Assembly: GCA_963842945.1 (NCBI GenBank)
Contig: CAWJIM010000004.1
Coordinates: 32,001-96,000, forward strand
Reading direction: 5' to 3'
DNA: 64,000 nucleotides
Source: an uncultured Gemmatimonadales bacterium
Lineage (GTDB): Bacteria > Gemmatimonadota > Gemmatimonadetes > Gemmatimonadales > GWC2-71-9
This document shows, piece by piece, positions 52,522-64,000 of the stretch (its first letter is position 1; each line of letters starts with the position of its first letter). The notes below the pieces were generated by a model, which searched no databases, was not told where the DNA came from, and saw nothing but the letters and a program-made list of their open reading frames with translations. The translations under genes were made by a program, and so were the position numbers.

Positions 52522-54408
52522 ACCTGGACCTCCTGCGTGCTTCGGCATCCTCCGGCTTCGTCGCGGCACCTGCCGCGGCATCGGCGTCTCGCCCTCCAGC
52601 CGCCGGCTGAGGGAGAGCGCCGCGTTGATCAGGCCGACGTGGGTGAAGGCCTGGGGAAAGTTGCCCAGCGCGGCGCCGGTCGCCGGGTCGATCTCCTCGG
52701 CGAAGAGCCCGACGTCGTTGGCGTGGCCGCAGAGCCGCTCGAACAGCTGCCGCGCCTCGTCCACGCTGCCGCCTCCGAGTGCGAGGTACTCCACAGCCCA
52801 GAAGCTGCAGATGCCGAACGCGCCCTCCCCGGGCGAGACGGGCTCGCCCTCTTTCTCCGGCTCTGATCCGCTGGTAGCGGTAGAGCAGCCCGTCGCCGGC
52901 GCCCAGCCGCTCGCGAATCCGCTGGTAGGTCTGCCGCATCCGCTCGGAGGTGGCGGACTCGAAGCCGTACCAGGCGAGCAGCAGCAAGCGTGGCGTCCAC
53001 CCGGTCGCCCTCCAGCTCGGCGACGTAGCTTTCCAGCGCCGGATTCCAGGCCCGCGCGTCTCGACCTGCCGGCGAATGGCCTCGCGGTTCTCCTCGAACT
53101 TCGCCCCGGGCGCCCAGCGCACATGGTCCTTCGCGTGCAGCTGTAGCAGCCGGTCGAGTGCCACCCAGCACAGCACCCGGGAATGGGTATGGTGGGCTCG
53201 GCCGGTGCGCGGCTCCCAGATGCCTTCGTCGGGCTCCTCCCAGTGCCGGCAGACGTATTCGCCCCAGGCGCGCAGCACCCGCTGGGTCTCCCGGTCCAGG
53301 CTGCCGCCCGCCTGCGACGAAGTGGGTCACGGCGTCGATCACCTCGCCGTAGACGTCGAGCTGAAGCTGCTCCGCGGCCAGGTTGCCGATCCGGACCGGC
53401 CGCGATCCGCGGTGTCCAGCCAGGTGATCCAGCGTGCGCTCGGCGGGCGGCTTGTTGCCGTAGACGTCGTAGAGCACCCGCAGCTCGGGCCGGGTCAGGC
53501 GGGTGGCGTGCAACAGCCAGTTGACGAAGGCGTGGGCCTCGTCCACGCAACCCAGACCGATCAGCGCGCGCACCGTGAGCGAGGCGTCGCGCAGCCAGCA
53601 GAAGCGATAGTCCCAGTTGAGCGGCCCGCCGATCCGCTCGGGCAGCGAGGTGGTCGGCGCGGCGACCACGGCACCCGAGGGAGCGAAGACCATGAGCTTG
53701 AGGGCCAGCGCGCTGCGAATCACCGCCTCGCGGCAGGGGCCGTCGTAGCGCGACGCTGGAGGCCCAGCTCTGCCACCAGCGCACCGTGCGCTCGAGCGCG
53801 GCGCGCGACCACTCACCCAGCGGCGGCAGCACCGCCGGCCCCTCGGCCGCGAAGGTGAGCGAGGCGTGGGCCGCGCTCCTGCGCAGAGCCGGGCACGGCC
53901 CGAACCGTGCCGTCACTGCCGATCTCGGGCGGCAGGTCGGTCCGCGAACATGAGCAGACCCGCGCCGGTCTCGACCCGAAGCCCCAGCTGTCCGGCCTGG
54001 CGCAGGCCGCGGTCGGAGTCCGTAGCCGGGACGCGGCTCGAACGACCACTCGATCTCCACCTCGCCGCGCTCGCACTCGATCAGCCGGAGGATCTCCCGC
54101 TCGGGCAGCAGCAGGCGTTGCTTCTCCTCCTCCGAGGCACACCGGCATCAGATCGGTGAGGACCAGCGTGCCCGCTTCGGTGTTGAACCGGGTCTGGAGC
54201 ACGTTGGTGTCTTCGATGTAGCGGCGTGCGGTCTGGAAGGGCGCGGCCGGGGCGATGCGCCAGTGCCCGGCGGAGGGTCGAGGAGCGCCCCGAAGACGGA
54301 GGGACTGTCGAACCGCGGCCAGCAGAGCCAGTCGATCGATCCGTCGCGCCCCACCAGGGCGACGGACCGGCCATCGCCGATAGCCGCGTAGTCGCCGATG
54401 GCGTTCAT
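52518..54408 (-). CDS. GH15 family glycoside hydrolase (trehalase/glucoamylase-like); multiple frameshifts
   Basis: [70 protein letters not shown] and GNFPQAFTH motifs. Confidence 0.9.
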
Positions 54409-54449
54409 CGGGTGTACTTATGGCGCCGAGGTCACGTCGGAGGGCCGCG

Positions 54450-56103
<1,654 letters not shown>

Positions 56104-56169
56104 CCGATTGGCACACGCGACAGATGAAGCGCGTGTGATTCCTTCGGTTGGCCGGAGTCGCTGGCGAGC

Positions 56170-56225
56170 GCTGGTGCGGCGACAGCCTCGGCCAGAGCAT
56201 CCGGCGTCGGGGAGACCTGGATCAT
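56170..56225 (-). pseudogene. pgl: Possible N-terminal stub of 6-phosphogluconolactonase
   Basis: MIQVSPTPDALAEAVA resembles a Pgl N-terminus; ATG overlaps the rpiA stop (ATGA); no further Pgl motifs before the convergent pgm end. Confidence 0.45.
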
Positions 56226-56920
56226 TGGCGGGTCCGGTGCTCGATCCCTGCCGGACCGGCGACGATGACGTCGGTCGCCAAGCCGAGGAATAGTCCGTGC
56301 GCGACCACGCCGGCCCGGGCCTGCAGCCGGCTGGCCAGCTCCTCCGGCTGCTCGATCGGCCCGGTGATGCAGTCGAGAATGAAGTTCCCCTGATCGGTGC
56401 GGACGGGCGAGGCGCCTGGTCCCATACGAAACGAGATCTGGGCCTGGGGCAGGAGGCCCCTGAGATACTCGGGCTGGTAGCGCGATCCGAAGGGCACCAC
56501 CTCGACCGGCAGCGGGCTCCGGGTGCCCAGTACCGGCGAGAGCTTGCTCTGGTCGGCCACGATCACGACCCGGCGGCTGGTCTGGGCGACGATCTTCTCC
56601 CGCAGAAGGGCGCCCCCTCGACCCTTGATGAGATTGAGCGCGGGATCGATTTCATCGGCGCCGTCGATAGTGATGTCGGTCGGAGTCACGCGCGACTCTT
56701 CTAGCAACGGAATCCCCCACCGCACCGCCTCGGCCGCGGTGCCGAGCGAGGTCGCCACCGCCTCGATGTCCTCGAGGGTGCCTGCCCGGAGCAGCTTGCC
56801 GATCCGTCGGATGGCGTAGGTCGCCGTCTCGCCGGTGCCGAGTCCCACCACCATACCGGACTGGACCAGCTCCACCGCACGCTCAGCCGCCTCCGTCTTG
56901 TAGTCGTCCTGCTGGCTCAC
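56222..56920 (-). CDS. rpiA: Ribose-5-phosphate isomerase A
   Basis: VGLGTGET, TIDGADEID, IKGRGGALLREKIV, LPVEV and TDQGNFILD motifs. Confidence 0.95.
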   Translation of the reverse strand: MSQQDDYKTEAAERAVELVQSGMVVGLGTGETATYAIRRIGKLLRAGTLEDIEAVATSLGTAAEAVRWGIPLLEESRVTPTDITIDGADEIDPALNLIKGRGGALLREKIVAQTSRRVVIVADQSKLSPVLGTRSPLPVEVVPFGSRYQPEYLRGLLPQAQISFRMGPGASPVRTDQGNFILDCITGPIEQPEELASRLQARAGVVAHGLFLGLATDVIVAGPAGIEHRTRQ

Positions 56921-56942
56921 GGCAGCACCTCACGTCGCAACC

Positions 56943-59075
56943 TCATGACCTGCTGGACCGGGCCCGAGCTAACTGCTGTCTCGCCGCGTTGACCACGTGG
57001 TCGGGCTCGAAGCCGAAGTGTTCCGCCACGACCTTCATCGGTGCGGAGAGCCCGAAGGACCGCATCCCCAGGATGGCGCCGGTGGTTCCGGTGAACTTGG
57101 CCCAGCCGAAGGTGGATGCGGCTTCGATCGAGACCCGCGCCGTGACCTCTGGCGGCAGCACGCTGTCGCGGTACTCCTCCGGTTGCTCATCGAAGATCTC
57201 CCACGATGGCAGACTCACTACCCGGGCAAAGATCCCCTCGGATTGGAGCCGCTCATAGGCAGTGAGACAGAGCGCCACCTCGCTCCCGGTCGCGAGCAGG
57301 AGCACGTCGGGCCGCCCCGACGGCGCGTCCGCCAGGACGTACCCGCCCCGCGCCACTCCACTCGCCGCCGCGTACTGGGTGCGATCGAACACCGGAAGCG
57401 CCTGACGGGAGAGCACCAGGCAGACCGGCCGGTCCCTGATTCCCATGATCAGCCGCCAGCTCTCTACCACTTCACTGGCGTCGGCCGGCCGGAGCACGAT
57501 CATGCCCGGCATGGCGCGGAGTGAAGCGAGGTGCTCGATCGGCTGATGGGTCGGCCCATCCTCGCCCAGGTTGATCGAGTCGTGGGTCCAGATGAAGATC
57601 GACGGCACTTCCATCAATGCGCTGAGCCGAAGCGCGCCGCGGCAGTAGTCGCTGAACACCAGGAAGCTGGAGCCATAGGACCGGAGCCCCGACAGGGCCA
57701 TGCCGTTCACGAAGGCGCACATCGCGTGCTCGCGGACCCCGAAATGAAAGTTTCGTCCGGCGTAGCTCCCGTCGTATTCCGGTGGCTCGAAGTCGCCCGC
57801 GCCCTCGAAGGTCAGGAGCGTCTTGGTGGAAGGCCAGAGATCGGCCGACCCGCCCAGCAGCCAGGGAACCCGGCGCGCGATGGCGTTCTGCGCCTTGGCC
57901 GACGCGTCCCGGCCGGCCACGCCCTTGGAGTCGGGAAGAAATACCGGAAGGTCCTGGTCCCAGTCGGGGGGCAGCGTGTGTCTCGGCATGCAGTCGACGT
58001 GGAGACCGGCAGCGGGGAACTTCTTCTGGTACGCCGCGACCAGCTGGTTCCACGCCGCGTGCGCCTCCCTGCCCCGGCGGCCGAGCTCGGCATGAAAGTG
58101 CTGGCGCACCCGGTCGGGAACCAGGAACTGGGCGTCCGGATCCCAGCCGTAGAACTCTTTGGCCAGACGAACCTCATCGGCGCCGAGCGGCTCGCCGTGG
58201 GCTTCCTTGGTATCCTGCCGGTTGGGAGCGCCGTAGCCGATGTGGCTGTCCACGATGATCAGCGTGGGACGGTCGCGGGTGGCGAGAAAGGTGTCGAACG
58301 CGTGGGTCAGCAGGTCGAGGTCGTTGACGTCGCCCACCCGGAGCACGTTCCAGTCGTAGGCCAGGAACCGGCCGGCGACATCCTCGGTGAAGGTGATTGA
58401 GGTCGAACCCTCGATGCTGATCCGGTTGTTGTCGTAGATCCAGCAGAGATTGGAGAGCCGAAGATGGCCGGCGAGTGAGGCCGCCTCGGAGCCGAGCCCC
58501 TCCATCATGTCGCCGTCGCCGCAGAAGACATACACGTTGTAATCGAACAGGTCGAAGCCGGGATGGTTGTACGTGGCCCCCAGCCAGCGGCCGGCCGCCG
58601 CCATGCCCACGCTCATCCCGATTCCCTGTCCCAGTGGACCGGTAGTCGCCTCCACGCCGGAGGTCCAGCCGTACTCGGGATGACCGGGACAGCGGCTACC
58701 CGCCTGGCGGAAGTTCTTGATGTCGTCCAGCGTGACCGCCAGTCGCCCCTGCCCCACCTCCTCGTACGACTCATTCACCGCCTTCACCTCAGCCAGGTGG
58801 AGCAGACTGTACAGCAACATCGAGGCGTGGCCGTTGGAGAGGACGAAGCGGTCGCGGTTGGGCCAGCGGGGATCGTCGGGATCGTAGCGAAGAAACCGCT
58901 GCCACAGGGTGTACGCGGCCGGTGCCAGCGCCATCGGAGTGCCCGGATGACCGGACTTCGCCGCTTGCACCGCATCCATCGAAAGCGTCCGGATGGTGTT
59001 GATGCAGAGCCGGTCCAGCTCCGCCCAATCCATCGTGCCTGCGGCGGTGTCCGGCGCGGTTCGGGTCGAGGTCAT
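56943..59075 (-). CDS. tkt: Transketolase
   Basis: SGHPGTPM, RDRFVLSNGH, TTGPLGQG, GDGDMMEG, FGVREHAM and GEDGPTHQP motifs. Confidence 0.96.
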   Translation of the reverse strand: MTSTRTAPDTAAGTMDWAELDRLCINTIRTLSMDAVQAAKSGHPGTPMALAPAAYTLWQRFLRYDPDDPRWPNRDRFVLSNGHASMLLYSLLHLAEVKAVNESYEEVGQGRLAVTLDDIKNFRQAGSRCPGHPEYGWTSGVEATTGPLGQGIGMSVGMAAAGRWLGATYNHPGFDLFDYNVYVFCGDGDMMEGLGSEAASLAGHLRLSNLCWIYDNNRISIEGSTSITFTEDVAGRFLAYDWNVLRVGDVNDLDLLTHAFDTFLATRDRPTLIIVDSHIGYGAPNRQDTKEAHGEPLGADEVRLAKEFYGWDPDAQFLVPDRVRQHFHAELGRRGREAHAAWNQLVAAYQKKFPAAGLHVDCMPRHTLPPDWDQDLPVFLPDSKGVAGRDASAKAQNAIARRVPWLLGGSADLWPSTKTLLTFEGAGDFEPPEYDGSYAGRNFHFGVREHAMCAFVNGMALSGLRSYGSSFLVFSDYCRGALRLSALMEVPSIFIWTHDSINLGEDGPTHQPIEHLASLRAMPGMIVLRPADASEVVESWRLIMGIRDRPVCLVLSRQALPVFDRTQYAAASGVARGGYVLADAPSGRPDVLLLATGSEVALCLTAYERLQSEGIFARVVSLPSWEIFDEQPEEYRDSVLPPEVTARVSIEAASTFGWAKFTGTTGAILGMRSFGLSAPMKVVAEHFGFEPDHVVNAARQQLARARSSRS

Positions 59076-60158
59076 GTTGCCGCCAGCGCCTCCGACTTGG
59101 CCGCGATCCGCTCCAGCAGCGCGTTCCACGACTTCACGAACGCCTCGGCTCCTTCGCGCTGCAGCTGCTCCGCCAGCGCGGCTACATCGATTCCGGCGCG
59201 CTCGAACTCGGCGATCACTGACTCGGCGTCGCCCCCATCCTCCGGCATGACTCCCTGAATCCTGCCGTGATCGGCCAAGGCGAGCAGGGTGGCGTCCGGC
59301 ATGGTGTTGATGGTGTCGGGCGCAGCGAGGGCCTCGATGTACAGCACGTCCGAGGCCCCGGGGTCCTTGGTCCCGGTGCTGGCCCAGAGCAGCCGCTGGT
59401 GCCGGGCACCGGCGCTGGCCAGGCACTCGGAGTGATGCGAGGCGAGCAGCTCGCGATACGCCCGATAGGTCCGGCCCGCGATCGCGATTCCCAGCCGGTT
59501 CCTGAGTCCGGCCGGGGCCCGCTCCTGCACCGCCTTGTCCCACCGGCTGATGAATACCGAGGCAACGGAGACGACGTCGGGGTTCAGGCCCTTCTCGATC
59601 CGGCGCTCGACCCCGCGTTGATAGGCTCGGGCGGCGGCGAGGTACTGCTCGGCGGAAAAGAGCAGGGTGACGTTGATCGGGATGCCGGCGAAGATCGCCT
59701 CCTCGATGGCGGGGAGTCCCTCCGGCGTGCCCGGAATCTTGATGAAGACGTTGGGCCGTTCGATCTGCCGGTGGAGCGTCTTGACCTCGTCCAGGGTACG
59801 CCGAGTGTCATGCGCCAAGATCGGCGACACCTCGAGCGAGACCCAGCCGTCGAGATGGTTGGTCCGCTGATGGACCGGCCGGAAGAGATCGGCGGCCTGG
59901 GTGAGGTCCGCCGCCGCGAGAGCGAAGAAGAGCTGGTCGCCGGAGAGGCCGGCTGCGCTCAGTTCCTGGATTCGCGCATTGTACCAGTCGCCGCTGCCGA
60001 TGGCGTGATCGTAGATGGTCGGATTGGAGGTGAGCCCGGTGACGGACAGCTCGCCGATGTAGTGCTTGAGCGTGCCCTTCTTCAGGATTTCCCGGGTGAT
60101 ATTGTCGAGCCAGAGGCTCTGGCCCAGATGCGCTGAGCTGTTGAGTGGGATTGGTCAT
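59072..60158 (-). CDS. tal: Transaldolase (type 2); frameshift near 60125
   Basis: QSLWLDNITR, GLTSNPTI, VSLEVSP, FIKIPGT, NVTLLFS, SVFISRWD and RLLWASTGTK motifs. Confidence 0.93.
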
Positions 60159-60174
60159 ACTTTCTTCCCTTCGG

Positions 60175-60863
60175 TCAGCGCGGTGGTCGCGCCGAGCAAG
60201 CGTGGGTAGGTCGTACTGCAGGAGATCACCGATCCGATCGAGAGTCACATCGGCCGGCGGATAGTTGGCGAGAATGTCGGGGTCGTGGGCGTAGTGGCCC
60301 TGGCGGACGAAGACGGTGGTGAGCCGCGACCCCCAAACCTGCTTCACCGCGGCCAGAATGTGGAGCTTGTCGTCGACCAGGACGTAGTGCTCCGCGGGGA
60401 AGCGGGCGGCGACGTCGTCCAGCTCCCTTTCCTTATGTATATAGACCAGAATCCGGCCCTCGACCGCGTCGCCCAGCCCCGAACGCTCGATCTTGCGGGG
60501 CTGGAACACCACATCACCATCGGTGAGGATCACGGTCGGGCCGAACTCAGCGAACCGCTCCAGCACGTCGAGCGAGCCGGGGAAGAGCCGGTTGGCAAAG
60601 GGATAATTCACCAGATAGGAGGAGATGGCGAGCAGGCAGGGATCCGGCGGATACGCGATCCGGTAGCGCTGCAGCGCACCGAGATAGTCGGCGTAGCCCA
60701 GCTCCTGGCGCAACTCCTCGAAGATCCTGAAGTAGTGCTCGGTGGAGGCGGCGCCGATCGCGCGGATCAGGTATCGCCGGAGATCGGCGATCACCCGGTC
60801 GTTGTCGAGCAGGGTGTTGTCGACATCGAACAGGAAGACGATCTCGCTACGCATCGAATCCAT
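60175..60863 (-). CDS. HAD superfamily hydrolase
   Basis: FLFDVDNTLLD, ILTDGD, IYIHKE-like (VYIHKE) and LVDDK motifs; stop approximate because an indel fuses it to tal in the ORF track. Confidence 0.85.
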
Positions 60864-60900
60864 CGATCACCGCCTCGCTAATCACCGACCTTCGGGATTT

Positions 60901-61248
60901 GGCGACTGGCGTGGGCTCCTCCGGGCGCTGTAGCACTCGTCGGTCGGAGCCCGGGGCACACCGGAACTCCTGTAGGCCTCCTGAGATGCAGCCCCGGTCT
61001 CCTCCCCTCGTGCTAACGCGCCCTGCGGAGCCCATCGCCAGTCGCCGCCCACCTGTGGCTCTCGGGAGAGCAATCTGGGAGTCACCTTGTAGAGCCTTTT
61101 GCATCGGCGAAGGGGACTGCTCCGAAGGGGCGCGTCAGCACGCGGGGAGGAGACCGGGGATTAAGGTCACGGAGCTGATACCGGCATGAAGCCCCTGGGC
61201 TCCGACCGTCGCGTGGTGCAGCGCTCCGGAGGAGCAGCCCCTTCGCCG
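60901..61248. other. Structured intergenic element: two inverted copies of a ~145-nt hairpin unit
   Basis: Pairings 60901-19/61027-46, 60915-57/61191-235, 60992-61023/61128-59 and 61105-23/61231-48. Confidence 0.85.
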
Positions 61249-61263
61249 GTTCACCGCAGATCC

Positions 61264-62659
61264 TCACGCGCACGCCCAATCCTGCTCGGGATTAAACCAC
61301 CCGCTTCCGTTGCTGAGCAGGCGATCGGCTTCAGCCGGTCCCCAGGTGCCGCTCTCGTACTGGTAGAGTGGAGTCGCGTTGCCCAGCACCGGCTCCACCA
61401 CGCGCCACGCCTCATCCACCGAGTCCTCCCGGGCAAAGAGCATCTGGTCTCCCCGCATCGCGTCGCTCAGCAGCCGCTCGTAGGGCTTCATCTCGTCTTT
61501 CCGGTCGTGGCAGGCGGTCAGCTCCACGTCCTCTCCCCGCATAGTTTCGCCCGGCAGCTTGGCACGGGCACCGAGGGAGAGCACCACGTGCGGGCTGAGC
61601 CGGAAACGGAAGCGGTTGGGCGGGGCTTGGGCGCAGTCGGGGAACAGCATCACCGGCGGGCGCTTGAGCTCGACCAGTACCTCCGTGGCCGTGACCGGCA
61701 GACACTTTCCGGCGCGGATGTAGAAGGGCACGCCGGCCCAGCGCCAGGAATCGATCTGGAGCCGCACCGCGGTGAAGGTTTCCACCGTGGAATCGGGCGC
61801 CACTCCTTCTTCCTTCCGATAGCCGATGAACTGTCCCCGCACCACGTCGCCTGGCTCCAGCGGGCGCATTGAGCGGAACGCCTGGGCCTTCTCGTCCCGC
61901 ACCGCCTCGACGCCCCGGGTGGAAGGAGCCTCCATCGCGAGCAGGCTGGCCACCTGGAGCAGGTGGTTCTGCACCACATCGCGAATCGCTCCGGCCTCCT
62001 CGTAGAACTTGCCGCGTCCTTCCACCCCGAACTTCTCCGCCATGGTGATCTGGACCCGCTCGACATAGTTGCGGTTCCAGATCGGCTCCAGGAAGCTGTT
62101 GGCGAACCGGTAGTAGAGCAGGTTCTGCACCGGCTCCTTGCCCAGGTAGTGATCGATCCGGAAGATCGAAGATTCGGGAAAGTTCTGGTGCAGCGTCGCG
62201 TTGAGCTCCTGGGCCGAGGCGAGGTCGCGGCCGAACGGCTTCTCCACCACCACCCGAGCGTCGGCTGCGATGCCGACCCGGGCCAGACCGGAGACCACGG
62301 TGGGAAAGAGACTGGGCGGGATCGCCAGATAGAAGAGCGGGCGCCGGCAGCCACCCAGCGCATCGCGGAGCCGATCGTAGGTGCCGGGGTCCTGGTAGTC
62401 ACCACCGACAAATCGGAGCAGCCCACAGAGCTTCTGAAACACGGCCGGGTCGAAGCTGCCGTGCTGCTCCACACTCTCGCGCGCCCGTTTCCCGCAGCTG
62501 CTCCAGGTTGTACTCGGAGCGGGCGACGCCGAGGACCGGCACGCTCAGGTGTTTGTGGCGGACCATCGCCTGCAGTGCGGGAAAGATCTGCTTGAAGGCG
62601 AGGTCGCCGGTGACGCCGAAGACGACGAGTGCGTCGGAGGGAGCGGGGAGTTGCGCCAT
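61264..62659 (-). CDS. zwf: Glucose-6-phosphate dehydrogenase; frameshift near 62480
   Basis: [40 protein letters not shown] and [13 protein letters not shown] motifs. Confidence 0.95.
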
Positions 62660-62668
62660 CGTGAGATC

Positions 62669-63684
62669 CTAGCCGGGGCCCTTCTCCTGGTGGCCGCCGA
62701 ACTGGTAGCGAAGGGCGGAGAGGATCTGATTGGCAAAGTCGCCCTCCCCCGGGAGCTGAAGCGCTGAAACAGGGCTGCGCTCAGCACCGGAGCGGGAACC
62801 GATTCATCAATGGCGGCGGCGATGGTCCAGCGCCCCTCGCCCGAGTCGGAGACCCGACCGGCAAAGTTGGCCAGGTCGGGACTCTCGTGCAGGGCGCGGG
62901 CGGTGAGATCGAGCAGCCAGGAGCTGATCACGCTGCCGCGGCGCCAGAGCTCGGCGATCTCCCCCAGATCCATTTGATACTGGTAATGCTCGGCGTGACG
63001 CAGCGGCGTGGTCTCGGCATCGGCTTCCTGGCTGTGGAGGCCGGCGCCGGCGTGGTGCAGGATGTTGAGACCTTCGGCATACGCGGCCATCAGGCCGTAC
63101 TCGATCCCGTTGTGCACCATCTTCACGAAGTGCCCGGCCCCGGCAGGGCCGCAATGGAGATAGCCTCGCTCGGCGGTGCCCTTACCGGCCTTGCGCCCCG
63201 GAGTGGGGGCTGCTGCGTCCATACCGGGAGCCAGCGTCGCGAACACGGGATCGAGTCGCTTCACCACGTCCGGCTCACCGCCGATCATCAGGCAATATCC
63301 CCGCTCCAGTCCGAAGACGCCGCCGCTGGTGCCCACGTCTACATAATGAACGCCCTTCCCTTTCAGTTCCGCGGCTCGCCGGATGTCGTCGTGGTAATAG
63401 GAGTTGCCGCCGTCGACCACGATGTCGCCCGAGGCGAGCAGCGACGAGAGATCCGTCAGGGTCTGATCCACCAGCGCCGCCGGCACCATGAGCCAGACCA
63501 ATCGGGGTGGCCGGAGCGCCTTGACGAAGGCGGCCAGTGAATCGGAGCCCGTGGCACCCTCGCCGGCCAGCGCCTTCACCGCCGGCGGGTTGACGTCGTA
63601 GACCACGCACTCGTGTCCGGCGCGCATCAGCCGGCGAACCATGTTGCCGCCCATCCGTCCCAGCCCGATCATCCCTAGTTGCAT
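62669..63684 (-). CDS. gnd: 6-phosphogluconate dehydrogenase (short, decarboxylating); frameshift near 62745
   Basis: MIGLGRMG, VDGGNS, DVGTSGG, GHFVKMVHNGIEYG, DSGEGRW and RYQFGGH motifs. Confidence 0.94.
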
Positions 63685-63706
63685 ACTGTGAATGTACTGG
63701 GAATTT

Positions 63707-63851
63707 GGTAAGCGGTGAGCGGTGAGCGGTGAGCGGGCGTACAGGTTGGCATTGTCATTCTGAGCACAGCGTTGTCACTCTGAGCGAAGCGAAACATCCC
63801 TTCCGCCTGGACACGGACCTCCCGCTTACCGCTCACCGCTTACCGCTCACC
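63707..63851. repeat. Inverted heptamer arrays enclosing two GTCA-type half elements
   Basis: (GGTRAGC)x4 at 63707-63734 and (GCTYACC)x4 at 63824-63851; inner tandem TTGTCATTCTGAGCACAGCG / TTGTCACTCTGAGCGAAGCG at 63752-63791. Confidence 0.88.
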
Positions 63852-64000
63852 AGGTTCAGCCCCCGGAGCGCGGCGCCGAGAAGCGCGGCCTCGAGCGCGA
63901 CGACAGAGACCGGCATCCGTCCGAGCAGCTCGGCCATCCGTCCCTTGGCCGTGAACGCGCTGAGGAACCGGCCGTCCCGGAGCGCGGGGAGAATCCGGGG
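63833..64000 (-). CDS. glk: Glucokinase, C-terminal part (runs off the window)
   Basis: PRILPALRDGRFLSAFTAKGRMAELLGRMPVSVV..AALLGAA is a typical Glk C-terminus; lies upstream of gnd. Confidence 0.85.
   Translation of the reverse strand, partial: PRILPALRDGRFLSAFTAKGRMAELLGRMPVSVVALEAALLGAALRGLNLVSGKR

Noticed and set aside
59808..60863. HAD-transaldolase fusion
   Set aside because: tal has its own SD and ATG at 60158, and the frame breaks again about 10 codons later; an indel artefact is more likely.
60901..61248. Integron attC sites, SRP RNA, 6S RNA or a coding ORF as the identity of the structured element
   Set aside because: No terminal RYYYAAC/GTTRRRY boxes or integrase; no SRP domain IV motif; an inverted duplicate is not expected for 6S; the short ORFs have no coding signature.

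Overview
GC-rich (roughly mid-60s % by eye) chromosomal segment. It most likely comes from a Gemmatimonadota-like bacterium, inferred from two 'RxRVERELGRGGMATV' Hanks-type kinases and the overall gene set. About 58 genes are recognisable, in order: yihY, an amidohydrolase and a Xre/RES toxin-antitoxin pair; full-length Lhr helicase; a membrane Ser/Thr kinase; ATP-dependent DNA ligase; a TetR-controlled detoxification/efflux operon; S46 peptidase; a second kinase; an SBP56/methanethiol-oxidase-family gene with a His-rich membrane partner; a MacAB-type ABC exporter; Acg nitroreductase-aldB-DUF779; M28 peptidase; GH15 and pgm; and a pentose-phosphate operon (glk-gnd-zwf-HAD-tal-tkt-rpiA plus a pgl stub). 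Many genes, mostly from ~27.8 kb onward, are broken by single-base indels that look like long-read errors, so several ORF-track proteins are chimeras. No rRNA, tRNA, CRISPR array, transposase or phage gene was found. Main observations: (1) a probably exported BCP/PrxQ-type peroxiredoxin whose peroxidatic Cys codon is an in-frame UGA followed by a SECIS-like hairpin, making it a candidate selenoprotein (51415-51995); (2) a 350-bp intergenic element inside the pentose-phosphate operon, made of two inverted copies of a ~145-nt hairpin with co-varying closing stems (60901-61248); (3) a dispersed family of 7/8-bp tandem arrays paired with GTCAT...ATGAC palindromes; (4) several readable operators, apparently leaderless promoters, and D-S/T-rich linkers in exported proteins.
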